The notes beneath the pieces are model-generated. The model was given only the letters and a program-made list of their open reading frames with translations. It was not told the DNA's origin and searched no databases. From a virus: a DNA stretch of 64,000 nucleotides. How positions within the stretch are numbered: position 1 is the stretch's first letter; every line of letters starts with the position of its first letter. The stretch lies in the IMG/VR virus record IMGVR_UViG_3300046169_000120, positions 61,692 to 125,691 of that record, one strand, 5' to 3'. The position numbers and the translations under genes are program-made. Positions 54,067 through 63,547 of this stretch are shown one piece after another.

Positions 54067-55056
54067 TTATTTACAATACCTCTCCCATAATTTTCTGTCC
54101 CAATATGTACGATCTAGAAATCTTTGTTGAATTGTTGGGTCCAGGTCTTCGAATTTTGTTTTTAATTTGTTTGGAGTTGCGTTGCGATGTAAATTTAATT
54201 CTATCACATGACCCTCTACATCTGATTGTTGAATGCCATAAGCTCCATGAAATACATTGTTTATCAAATCATCTACTTTGCTTGTATCAGAAGTGCGAAA
54301 ATGTTTTAGGTATCCTTCGTGTGCTAAGGTTAGATGATATGGTTCAATAATTGCAGAATCAGGCATATCCATTAAGCTTCGCAAGAACCAGCTATCTTCC
54401 ACTTCATCAGATTGAATGTAATCTTCGAAGTTTTTCGCTTGAATTGAATCATGCGTGGGTTCATGCGAACTTTCATCACTAGTTAGGTAATGAAATAAAG
54501 ATTGCGCGCGTTTATATGGATCGCGCAAAACAGTAAAATGTAAAGTATGCTTGCGTTTAGATTTCTCGATAATCAAATCAATGCATTTCCTTGCCTCTCT
54601 CCAGCCCGGATCCATAGGATCAACAATAACACAAAAAGGTATAATATCTCCATTTTCAATAAAATTTAAAAAATCATCCTCTGGGAGAATGTTCGTTGTT
54701 TCATCTGAGTCAATAGGATATCGATTATTGATATATTGCATTTGTTTTTCGAGAATAATCTCTCTCTTGTTTCCTCTAGCAAATTGTTCGAGTTCGGGAT
54801 AAGCACTAAAAATTCCATCCGCATGGCCAGTTAAGTCTGTAAGGGTGCAATATATAACTGTCAACTGGCGATCATCTTTTAATCTAATCAATGCCCTCCT
54901 GATTTTTGCAGAAGTCCAATGCAATGATAAGTTATCTTCACGCATCAAATGATACTTTCTGCAAAGCATTTGTGCCCAGCTTAATACATAGGTTCCTGCG
55001 TTTTTAGCAATGTGATGAAATACAGGTAAATATTCTGGATCTTTAATTATGCTCAT
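54067..55056 (-). CDS. Sulfotransferase-like protein
   Basis: FHHIAKNAGTYV and FTVLRDPYKRAQSLFHY. Confidence 0.75.
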   Translation of the reverse strand: MSIIKDPEYLPVFHHIAKNAGTYVLSWAQMLCRKYHLMREDNLSLHWTSAKIRRALIRLKDDRQLTVIYCTLTDLTGHADGIFSAYPELEQFARGNKREIILEKQMQYINNRYPIDSDETTNILPEDDFLNFIENGDIIPFCVIVDPMDPGWREARKCIDLIIEKSKRKHTLHFTVLRDPYKRAQSLFHYLTSDESSHEPTHDSIQAKNFEDYIQSDEVEDSWFLRSLMDMPDSAIIEPYHLTLAHEGYLKHFRTSDTSKVDDLINNVFHGAYGIQQSDVEGHVIELNLHRNATPNKLKTKFEDLDPTIQQRFLDRTYWDRKLWERYCK

Positions 55057-55883
55057 TTTTTATGCAATATAATTGTTTGTGGATATTGTTTTTTTACACT
55101 TTCTATCGTTGTGTCTGCGTCTTGTGGTAGTGAATAATTTGATATGATGGGGCAGTCGATCAATTGATTGTGTGGAAAATCACGATTGTTGAAGTGTTTT
55201 CTACCGCTTAATGTGCAGGCAAATGTATGCATGGCAACATCAAAGCTGATGAAGTTATTATTGCATAACCCTACTTCATGCTTTATTAAGCTTTTTGAGT
55301 ATTTAAATAATAACCCAAGCATTGCCGAGTTTCGATAAATCGCAACCCCATTAAGATGACCTGTCCATTCCCCGAATGTATATAAATCTTGTTTACCTCG
55401 ATAACAACTTCCCGCAACAAGAAATTTTTCTGAGTCGCAGTATTCTACAATTTTATCTATCCAATTATCTTGGATTGGTTGTGTATCTGGCTCAAGCATG
55501 AGTAAATCTCGATAATCACTACCCACTAATGAAGCCATTGTGTTAAAAAATAAATTGTTTGGACCTGCGCTTCCGCCAAGAGGTGGGACTTTTGGCAAGT
55601 TCATTTCTTTCAATTCTTTTGGTGTGCGAGCATAAAGATCATCAGAATCTGATAATTCGTGCGAATATATTTTTACATCATTTACATTTTTGCAGTTTTT
55701 ATATTCTAGTAGATCATTGTATTCTGATACATTTCCTTGATTAAAGTATATCAGTAGATCAATTTTTTTATCGAGCGATGCGAAAGTTTTGAAAAATGCA
55801 TCGAGACATTTGTGGGTGTGTCCAGCGACATATTCTCGCTTAGTATTAAGTAATACAACAGCTAATTTAGTGGAAAATTTCAT
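55053..55883 (-). CDS. Putative glycosyltransferase-like protein
   Basis: GPNNLF, LMLEPD (DxD-like), HLNGVAIY, SFDV, ILHKK. Confidence 0.5.
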   Translation of the reverse strand: MKFSTKLAVVLLNTKREYVAGHTHKCLDAFFKTFASLDKKIDLLIYFNQGNVSEYNDLLEYKNCKNVNDVKIYSHELSDSDDLYARTPKELKEMNLPKVPPLGGSAGPNNLFFNTMASLVGSDYRDLLMLEPDTQPIQDNWIDKIVEYCDSEKFLVAGSCYRGKQDLYTFGEWTGHLNGVAIYRNSAMLGLLFKYSKSLIKHEVGLCNNNFISFDVAMHTFACTLSGRKHFNNRDFPHNQLIDCPIISNYSLPQDADTTIESVKKQYPQTIILHKK

Positions 55884-56700
55884 TCTGTACAATTACACTC
55901 TATTTTATGTAGAGGGTTGTACAATTTACATTTGTTTTCATATCGAGCTTGCAGGTAAAAAGGCCAAAAGAAGTAATAACTTATTGCATCTTCGTTTTCA
56001 AGTGCTGCATCTAACTCTTTGGCATACAAATACTCCCAATCGCGCTGACTTTCTTTAAGTTTTGTGTCGCTCGGCTTGACGGATGGTTTGGTTAAAACAC
56101 ATCCACTCAACATCAATAACACACAAAGCAATCGCACAATAATGTTTACACGCAAAAAAAACTTGCTATATTATTTTTTAATGTAGCGCTTCGTTACTCG
56201 ATTAAATGAGAAGCCTTGGTTGCGAGCGTGAGCTTCCCGCTCAGTCATTTGAATTTCAAGCTCGGGAAATACAGGTGGAGGTTTACTGTAGTTTACAAGA
56301 ATGTAAGTCTGAAGTTTTTTGTTTTCTTTTTCTTTCATAATGAAGAGTTTCCAATTTGAGAAATTTCTTTGATGTCGCGAGCCATACGATTTAATGAATC
56401 GATGATGTGAATCATTTTTGAAAAATAATCTTTATCTTTGTTTTTTGTTGAAGAAGCGAGTCTGTTGTACGTTTCACTTCTTAGTTTTAATAAATCTTGT
56501 TCATTCATCAATTTCTATTCCGTTTTGCTCACAGAAACAAACTGCGTAACCGGTTTTAAAACTAAAACGATCTATGAAAATAGTAAGAGCCATTATAATA
56601 AATGGCTCCCAAGTTGCGTACCCGAAATTGTAGAATAATAAAAATCCTACAATTCCAAAAGGTACAAACTTGTTTAGGCCATAATCTAGGACCGCTTGAT

Positions 56701-56949
56701 TCACGAAGCGCGAGTTAAGGAAACGATACGGTCGTGCCTGAATGAACGAACTTCTTTGCGCCCAAAACAATAAGCTTTGAATCCAACATTGTTGCGCTCT
56801 TCGTCGCGATTGCCAAAAGATTCACTTAGAACAGGGCGACCGATTTCATAGGTTTTAACTTGATTATCGGCATTGCGATACACAACGAAGTATTTTTGAT
56901 TTGATTTTTTCATGACTGCTTTTTTTAACTTTGTTTTAATATTGAACAT
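56701..56949 (-). CDS. Stand-alone WYL-like domain protein
   Basis: VYRNADNQV...AYCFGRKEVRSFRHDRI. Confidence 0.65.
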   Translation of the reverse strand: MFNIKTKLKKAVMKKSNQKYFVVYRNADNQVKTYEIGRPVLSESFGNRDEERNNVGFKAYCFGRKEVRSFRHDRIVSLTRAS

Positions 56950-56998
56950 GCAAGCATTATCTCATAAATTGAATGAGATGTCAATAGTAAAATGCAGA

Positions 56999-58300
56999 TT
57001 ATTGAAGAATGTCCATCAATGGTTCGCCGTCATGCGCGATTTTAAATGGTCTGCCTGATGGAGAATATTGAACGTCATTGAGTGGCAATCCCATGGCATA
57101 TCCAATTGTTGCATTCAAGCCTGCGGGATCAACAAATTTTCCTTCTGCGGGATTGCGGCCAACGCTATCCATTTTTCCATAAGCTGTGCCACCTTTGATT
57201 CCACCACCCGCAAGAAACGCAGAAAATCCATAAGGCCAATGATCTCGACCATTACCACCGTTGATTCGTGGTGTGCGACCAAATTCAGAAACCAAAACAA
57301 CCATTGTGTCGCTGAGTAAACCGCGAACTTCCAAATCAAAAAGTAATGCGCTCAATGCTTTGTCCATGTCTGCACAATTATTTTCTACTGTTTCAAAATT
57401 ATTAGAGTGTGTGTCCCAACCTCCTCGTGTGACCTCAACATAGCGGACATTATTCTCAATCAATCGCCTTGCAAGCAAACACCCTTGTCCAAAAGATGAT
57501 CGACCATACATGTCTTTCATTTGTTCTGACTCTAAAGTGATATCAAATGCTTTCAAATCTTCACTGCGCATTAGTTTCACCGCATCATCATAAAGATCAG
57601 TATATGCACGCACTTGTTTTTGATCGTATGTATTCAAGAAATTAGAATTCATCTTGTGCGCCATTGATAATCTTCCATTGAATCGAGATTGATCAATATA
57701 GTCTGCGGCTTTGCTGTTTGCTAGTCCTGCATGTGGGTTGCCAATTGGAAGTGGGCCAAATTTAGATTCCAAAAATCCTGAACTACCTGATCTACCATTA
57801 ATAGAAACATTTGCAGGTATGGTTGAATTGATTGCCCCAGACATTTTAGCTATCCAACTTCCAAATGTGGGATGTGAAATGGTTCCGCGCATTTGATAAC
57901 TTGTGTGCATCAAATAATTTGCTTGCATGTGTGCCCCTTGACTTGTCATCATTGTGCGAATAATTGCTGAATTGTGCATATGATTGGCTGTCTGTGGCAA
58001 ATATTCAGAAACAAACACATCATCTGCTGAAGTAGGTATTGGTTTTACTGGGCCGCTATAATCTTCTTCCGCATCCATATTAGGCGCAAAGGTATCCATA
58101 TGGGACATTCCGGCGGCCATATATAGATATATAATGCGTCGAGCTTTTGCAGGTCGAACGCCTGGCTCTAAAGCCTGTATCGGTGTGTTTACATAGTTTC
58201 CTGCAATTGGCAACAAACCAACGCCAAGGCACGCCTTTGCTGCACTAGCAACAAATTCCCTACGACTTAATTCGTTAAGTGTTTTGAGATCTGATTTCAT
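56999..58300 (-). CDS. DUF1501-family Tat-exported protein
   Basis: SRREFV Tat motif, GMSHMDTF, FGQGCLLARRLIE, GGWDTH, SEFGRTP, GRDHWP, AGGGIKGG. Confidence 0.9.
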   Translation of the reverse strand: MKSDLKTLNELSRREFVASAAKACLGVGLLPIAGNYVNTPIQALEPGVRPAKARRIIYLYMAAGMSHMDTFAPNMDAEEDYSGPVKPIPTSADDVFVSEYLPQTANHMHNSAIIRTMMTSQGAHMQANYLMHTSYQMRGTISHPTFGSWIAKMSGAINSTIPANVSINGRSGSSGFLESKFGPLPIGNPHAGLANSKAADYIDQSRFNGRLSMAHKMNSNFLNTYDQKQVRAYTDLYDDAVKLMRSEDLKAFDITLESEQMKDMYGRSSFGQGCLLARRLIENNVRYVEVTRGGWDTHSNNFETVENNCADMDKALSALLFDLEVRGLLSDTMVVLVSEFGRTPRINGGNGRDHWPYGFSAFLAGGGIKGGTAYGKMDSVGRNPAEGKFVDPAGLNATIGYAMGLPLNDVQYSPSGRPFKIAHDGEPLMDILQ

Positions 58301-58737
58301 GCACCCGTACTGCCAAAACCGCCATCTCCGCGATCTGTGTCGGATAACTCTTCTACTTCTTCAATGTTAACCCATGGTAGTTTCATGATAATAAGTTGAG
58401 CGATACGATCACCCTCTTTATATTCTACACCTCCAAGAAGAGGAGTGCTCATACGAATTTTAATTTCTCCGCGATAACCACTATCTACTACTCCAACAGA
58501 GTTTCTTAAATAGTGATCTGTCTTGGATATACTAGACCGTGGAAATATAAGGCCCACATAGCCTTCAGGAATCTCCATTGCCAAGCCTGTTCCATATTCG
58601 TAGAAGCCCCCCGATTTTTTTAAAGAAATTGCAACCAAATCCATTCCCGCATCACCTTTTTTTGTATAACTAGGAATGATCGCCGCTGAAAAAATTTTTT
58701 TGAATTTTAAGTTTACTGTATTCTGATTTCTTTCCAT
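58297..58737 (-). CDS. dut: Trimeric dUTPase
   Basis: AGMDL, PRSS, GVVDSGYRGEI, RIAQL, RGDGGFGSTG. Confidence 0.95.
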   Translation of the reverse strand: MERNQNTVNLKFKKIFSAAIIPSYTKKGDAGMDLVAISLKKSGGFYEYGTGLAMEIPEGYVGLIFPRSSISKTDHYLRNSVGVVDSGYRGEIKIRMSTPLLGGVEYKEGDRIAQLIIMKLPWVNIEEVEELSDTDRGDGGFGSTGA

Positions 58738-59294
58738 GATACTAATTTTTGTTTTACTAAATCTCTGATATGTCTTTGTTTTTGACTGAGTTGACTGTTA
58801 CCACTCTTGACTTCGATGAATGTAATTTCATCATCGCCAAATGAAATGTAATCGATTGGCTGTCCTAAAAATGAACAACGTTCAGGTTCAAATTCGAACT
58901 GATCTAAAAATGGAGCAAGTGTTTCGGCGATGTGTCCAAGTCTAACCTCGCCACTTTTCTTTTGCGATAAAACTTTTTTGCGTGCAATTGTTTCATCATC
59001 TAATTTTTTTTCAAGATCAATTATCTTTGTTTGTAATTGTTTTTCTTTTTGTTTATAATCTTCGCTGCTAGATTGAACATTGTTTTGCTGTTTGTCGAGA
59101 GCGCTTTGTAGGTTTTTGATTGTTTGTGTGAAATTTTCTTCGCGAGTTTGATGTTCCACATCGTGTGAGTTCAATCGAGTACGCAAAAATTCATTCTCAT
59201 TTCTCAACTCATCAACAACACCATCATCTTGCTTGGGCTGATAGATATACCAAATCAAACCAGCAATAATTAAAATACATATTCCTTCAAACAT
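58713..59294 (-). CDS. TM + coiled-coil + Holliday-junction-resolvase-like endonuclease (Endonuc_Holl type)
   Basis: GHIAETLAPFL...FLGQPIDYISF...FIEVKSG.SQLS..QR.IRD. Confidence 0.75.
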   Translation of the reverse strand: MFEGICILIIAGLIWYIYQPKQDDGVVDELRNENEFLRTRLNSHDVEHQTREENFTQTIKNLQSALDKQQNNVQSSSEDYKQKEKQLQTKIIDLEKKLDDETIARKKVLSQKKSGEVRLGHIAETLAPFLDQFEFEPERCSFLGQPIDYISFGDDEITFIEVKSGNSQLSQKQRHIRDLVKQKLVSWKEIRIQ

Positions 59295-59307
59295 ACAAGA
59301 TTATATG

Positions 59308-59760
59308 TTATGATTCACACTGTTCTACAATTACTCCAGCTTTTTTTAATAAATTTATACCTTCTTCGTCTTTATATAATTCATTGTATACAAGGCGAAC
59401 AATATTAGATTGTATGATTAATTTCGCGCAATCAAGACAAGGTGATGCGGTTGTGTACATTGTCGCTCCCGCACTAGACTGAGTACTCTTTGCGAGTTTT
59501 GTAATAGCATTACTTTCTGCATGTAATACTTCAGGCTTGGTTGTCAACTTATAGCCTCGTGAAGCAAGCATGCTTGGTACAACCTCTTCTACCTCACAGT
59601 TGTTAGAAAAACCTCTTGGAGTACCATTGTAGCCGTCGCTAATGATGGTTCCGTCGCGCACAATCAAACAGCCTACCTGCTTGCGCCGCGCTTTTGATAA
59701 ACGCGACCAAGAGGTGGCCATTTGGATGTATGTTTTATCTAATTCATTCTGATGCGGCAT
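59308..59760 (-). CDS. dCMP deaminase
   Basis: VGCLIV, GYNGTPRG, HAESNAI, SPCLDCAK. Confidence 0.92.
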   Translation of the reverse strand: MPHQNELDKTYIQMATSWSRLSKARRKQVGCLIVRDGTIISDGYNGTPRGFSNNCEVEEVVPSMLASRGYKLTTKPEVLHAESNAITKLAKSTQSSAGATMYTTASPCLDCAKLIIQSNIVRLVYNELYKDEEGINLLKKAGVIVEQCES

Positions 59761-60244
59761 CTTGCTTTTTCCAAACTTGACAACTTTCAAGAGATTTTAA
59801 ATCTTTAACGTTGATTTGAGTAATCTCTTCTAGCTTGCCGCTACGTTTATAAATTCTATACTTCGCTTTCTTCGCTAGTGTCACAAACGGTAAATCATAT
59901 CGTATCTTGCCACTGTTTAACATTTTCACCATCTCCTTGCGATTGACGACAACAAAATCATAATTTCTTTCGAAAGCCACAAACTGTGCGTCTCCGTGAA
60001 TCCACCCATCCTTACCCTCGGCGTTTTTAAACTCAATCCACAACCATTCTTGGCTTTGTTTTTTGTTTTTAATTTTTTTTACATCAAAAAGAATATCAAT
60101 TGCTTTACCACCTTTACCTTTTGCTTTAAGTACGTGAGTAACATTATTGTATTCATTTCTATATGCTCGCTTGGGGGAATATCCGCGACTAGTCGCAAGA
60201 TCTTCAAACGAAATCTTCCTTTCTTGACTAGGTAAATCTTCCAC
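59744..60244 (-). CDS. PD-(D/E)xK-like nuclease
   Basis: FDVKK...WLWIEFKN..GKDGWIHG. Confidence 0.55.
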   Translation of the reverse strand: MEDLPSQERKISFEDLATSRGYSPKRAYRNEYNNVTHVLKAKGKGGKAIDILFDVKKIKNKKQSQEWLWIEFKNAEGKDGWIHGDAQFVAFERNYDFVVVNRKEMVKMLNSGKIRYDLPFVTLAKKAKYRIYKRSGKLEEITQINVKDLKSLESCQVWKKQDAASE

Positions 60245-60444
60245 TATCTTATTTTGGATGGAGATGATGTTTCTACCACTTTAACTTTTCGTTGATCGGG
60301 ATCTTTCCACTTTTTAAGTGTTTCAACAAGCTTTTCAGCGCGAACTTGAGCATCTTCTTTAGTCGCATAATTTTTATCTTCAATCCTTCGCGAATTGCGA
60401 GTCACTACATATACTGTTTTTTGTTTTAATTCCGTCATGTTTTA

Positions 60445-61398
60445 TTATATTGATTGTACGAGTTTTTTACCAAAATTAGTAATTTTTCTTTCCCCGTCGA
60501 TTTGTATAAAGTTTTTTCTTAAAAGATAAATTTCATGATCACGCCTTAAGCTCGTTGGACTTAAACCTGTGACCGCAGAAAGCGTTTGTAATTTACAGCT
60601 CCCTCTGTCAGCAAGTATCTCTAGGATTTGTTTCTCAGTGCATGTAATGCCATGAGGTAAAATACCAAGCAAGTCAGTTAATTCACTATAATCTGACATT
60701 TTAAATGTGTTTTGATTTTCACTTTCACAATACAATGAAATTTCTTTGGCGCGCATAACTGCATTTCGAGCATTGCCGCGAACGGTGAGAGATAAAGCAT
60801 TCAATGCTTCATCACTAAAGTTTACACCTTCGCAATTTAATTTAATTATATTAGAAAGATTCTCTTTAGAATACTGTTCAAAGTCAACTGTGCTTAGGCG
60901 ATCTTTTAATGGAGGAAATAGTTTATCGCTTTCTGTTGTTGCAAATATGAATGTCTGCTTGGTGAAATCAAATGTAAATGTTTGATCATCGTATACAAAT
61001 TCCTTGGTGTGTGTTTTCTCGGTGTTAAAAATAGTAAGAAAAGCCATTGTGAGATCTTTGGGAAGCGCATGCGCTTCATCAAAAAGAATGGTGATTTCGT
61101 TGTTCATAACCAAAGGAATGAAAATCTGCTCAAAAAACTGAGCGTTGTTCTTGATGGTCGAGCAATTAAGCTCTAAGAATGGACGCTTGCTTCCATCTTT
61201 ATTCTTGAGGTTTTTAGCAAACTCTTTTGCAAACAATGTTTTACCAAGACCTTTAGCTCCAACCAAGTTTAAAAATGGACAAACACTTGTTGCTTGATAC
61301 GCTTTAAGATAAAAATTGAGCTTCTTCTTTACGTTGTCTTGCCCAATTAAATGTGAAAAATAATTATTCATTGTCAAAGTCTGTAACGGCGTATTCAA
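60445..61398 (-). CDS. ruvB: RuvB-like Holliday-junction branch-migration AAA+ ATPase
   Basis: IGQDNVK, GAKGLGKT, LFDEAH, FATTE...PLKDR, RGNARNA, C-terminal winged-helix E.YLLR..FI. Confidence 0.75.
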   Translation of the reverse strand: MNTPLQTLTMNNYFSHLIGQDNVKKKLNFYLKAYQATSVCPFLNLVGAKGLGKTLFAKEFAKNLKNKDGSKRPFLELNCSTIKNNAQFFEQIFIPLVMNNEITILFDEAHALPKDLTMAFLTIFNTEKTHTKEFVYDDQTFTFDFTKQTFIFATTESDKLFPPLKDRLSTVDFEQYSKENLSNIIKLNCEGVNFSDEALNALSLTVRGNARNAVMRAKEISLYCESENQNTFKMSDYSELTDLLGILPHGITCTEKQILEILADRGSCKLQTLSAVTGLSPTSLRRDHEIYLLRKNFIQIDGERKITNFGKKLVQSI

Positions 61399-62181
61399 TT
61401 TTGTCTTCGACTGATTGAATTTCAGAGAAGTCTGCAGAAGTTGTTTTTCCAGAAAGATAGTTTGCGTAAAGTCTTCCCTTTACCCAATCTTCACTAACAG
61501 GAATAGAAGTTACTTCTTGCGCTGCAAGATCAAGGATCTCTTGAATAGACAAGGTCACAATAGAGGAACCGCCTTTGCCACTATTGCGGCGTTTGCGGGG
61601 AGTACCATCTTTGTTTAATGCGATTTTCTTCATATGAGACTATTATCTCATAATCTGAAGATTTAGTCAAGAAAAAAAACTAAGAATCTATATCAGATTC
61701 AAATTCTATGTTGCCTTGGTTTGCTAACTCTACAACTTTTTCTTGCAATGCCCCAATAATTGTGATCGTATTTATATCGTACTCGTCAACGTAGCGATAA
61801 ATTAAATTTTCTAAATCCATTCGAAATGAATCTGTCTGTTCGTCGTAATCTTTTGGGCCAGAGATAAACAATTCGTCGTCATCTTTTTTATTCATAAGTA
61901 CTTTATATACACTTCAAATAATTCAAATGCACGTTTTACTTTTTGTTCTCTCTGACGTTTTCGTGTTGGAGATTTTAAAATTGTGTTGGTTTGTTTTACT
62001 TTAAAACCAAATGCCATTTCATCTAAAATGGTTCGCCACTCTTGTTCTGTAAGGTTTGCGGGGCGATCTTTTTTTAACCTTTTCTTTTTAAGAGCTATTT
62101 TCTCGAGAACAAGTTGTTGTACTGTTTTTTCTTTATTTTTTTTCTTAAAAGGATTAAGTGATTTTAACTTGTCTATTATTT

Positions 62182-62604
62182 TCATGCTTGCCAGAAGTTT
62201 TCTATTGCTTGTTGTGTTGGTTCGATTAGACTATGTAATTGACAGCAAAAATCATTTTCACTTGTCCAGTCCATTGTGTTTTGTAACATATATATGTATC
62301 TTACACCTTCTGCTTTACCAAAGTCATAAAAACAACATTGCATTTCGCGGTGATTATCTTTAATCAATTCCGCAATCAAGAAAGGGGTTGTAGCTTCTAT
62401 ACCTTGAGTTAATACATCATAAAACAATTGTCCATGATCTGTATTTGTTTCAAAATATATATTTGATATGTTTGTGCCATTTGCTGCTACTCCTACCATC
62501 AACATTTTATCCACAAAATATTCTTGGAATGTTTCTAGCTTGTCATAAAAATTAAGCTGAGAACTTTTTTCAAATATGTATTTGTGTGTGGGAGAAACAA
62601 GCAT
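62182..62604 (-). CDS. Hypothetical protein (true start after the tmRNA 3' end)
   Basis: The track ORF N-terminus overlaps the tmRNA; MLVSPTHK at 62604 is the plausible start. Confidence 0.5.
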   Translation of the reverse strand: MLVSPTHKYIFEKSSQLNFYDKLETFQEYFVDKMLMVGVAANGTNISNIYFETNTDHGQLFYDVLTQGIEATTPFLIAELIKDNHREMQCCFYDFGKAEGVRYIYMLQNTMDWTSENDFCCQLHSLIEPTQQAIENFWQA

Positions 62605-62610
62605 TTTAAA

Positions 62611-62976
62611 TGGTGGACGCGGTGGTAGTCGAAACCACGTCTTTAAATCTTCAAAAATATACATCTACAAGTTTAGTTTATTTTTTTTATAGTTACGATA
62701 TAAACATCCAACTAATTGTTTCAATTATTTACAGTTTGTGATACAAATAAACTTTTTCTGTTTTGCAGATGGTTGACCCCTCTCCTACCGTATCTGCGTC
62801 TGATAGGGAGGGGTAGCAGAACTAAGCTGCTAGGGCCAATTTCTCAGCTACTGGGCTGAAAGCTTGGACACGATTTTTATTCTTGCCATGTACAAGTTTG
62901 TGCCTTTTAACGAAGCCTGGCACCTCTTCGACTTGCAATATACGAATTCAATTTAAATCAAATCCAGTACGCGCCC
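62611..62976 (-). ncRNA. ssrA: tmRNA
   Basis: 5' GGGCGCG pairs with 3' CGCGUCC-ACCA (G3:U wobble), T-arm GGUUUCGACUACC, tag ORF 62887-62822 GKNKNRVQAFSPVAEKLALAA-stop, pseudoknot-like segments. Confidence 0.92.
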
Positions 62977-62994
62977 AAAAATGTGAAAGAACAA

Positions 62995-63180
62995 TTATTT
63001 GCCACTATTCTTACCAAGATCGGCGAGACCTTGACCGAGAACATAAGCGACAATAGGAGTTACAATCTGCATCATCGTGTCTTGAGTAAGACCTAATCCC
63101 CATATGTGATTAATAATGGGCACTCCAGCTGCTACTGCGGCAGCCCAAAACTTTTTGCTGTGCCAAAATGGTTTTTCCAT
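62995..63180 (-). CDS. Small holin-like membrane protein
   Basis: SKKFW motif, two hydrophobic segments, AYVLGQGLAD. Confidence 0.55.
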   Translation of the reverse strand: MEKPFWHSKKFWAAAVAAGVPIINHIWGLGLTQDTMMQIVTPIVAYVLGQGLADLGKNSGK

Positions 63181-63199
63181 AATATTTTATATTAAAAAG

Positions 63200-63547
63200 T
63201 TAGAACAACTCTTCAGGAATATCCTCATTCGCTGCAGCGCTAGCTTTTTGTTCGGCAGAAGAAGCTACTTCTTCTGCGGCTTGAGTTGCAACTTGTTCGA
63301 CGTTAGTCTTTGCTTGCACTTGATCTTCTGATCTATAGATCACATAATCTGGAGCCTTTTCATTCTTTTCTTTACCTTTGTTTGTAAAGACAACAACTTT
63401 AACAGGCTCTGTTACTCCCGGCATTGTTTCGACATTAATAGTTCCTGATAGGTATTTTTGATTTTTACCACTTCTAACCCAAAGGGCGCCAAGTTCTCTG
63501 TTTTTCCAATCTGATTGCTTTTCTGTTTGTTTTTCTGTGTTTTCCAT
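63200..63547 (-). CDS. DUF736-like putative ssDNA-binding protein
   Basis: LGALW...YLSG.I...N..K..EKAPDY; acidic tail ending EDIPEELF. Confidence 0.6.
   Translation of the reverse strand: MENTEKQTEKQSDWKNRELGALWVRSGKNQKYLSGTINVETMPGVTEPVKVVVFTNKGKEKNEKAPDYVIYRSEDQVQAKTNVEQVATQAAEEVASSAEQKASAAANEDIPEELF

Noticed and set aside
62605-62664. N-terminal extension of ORF 62182..62664
   Set aside because: Overlaps the tmRNA 3' tRNA-like domain; the start at 62604 is more plausible.
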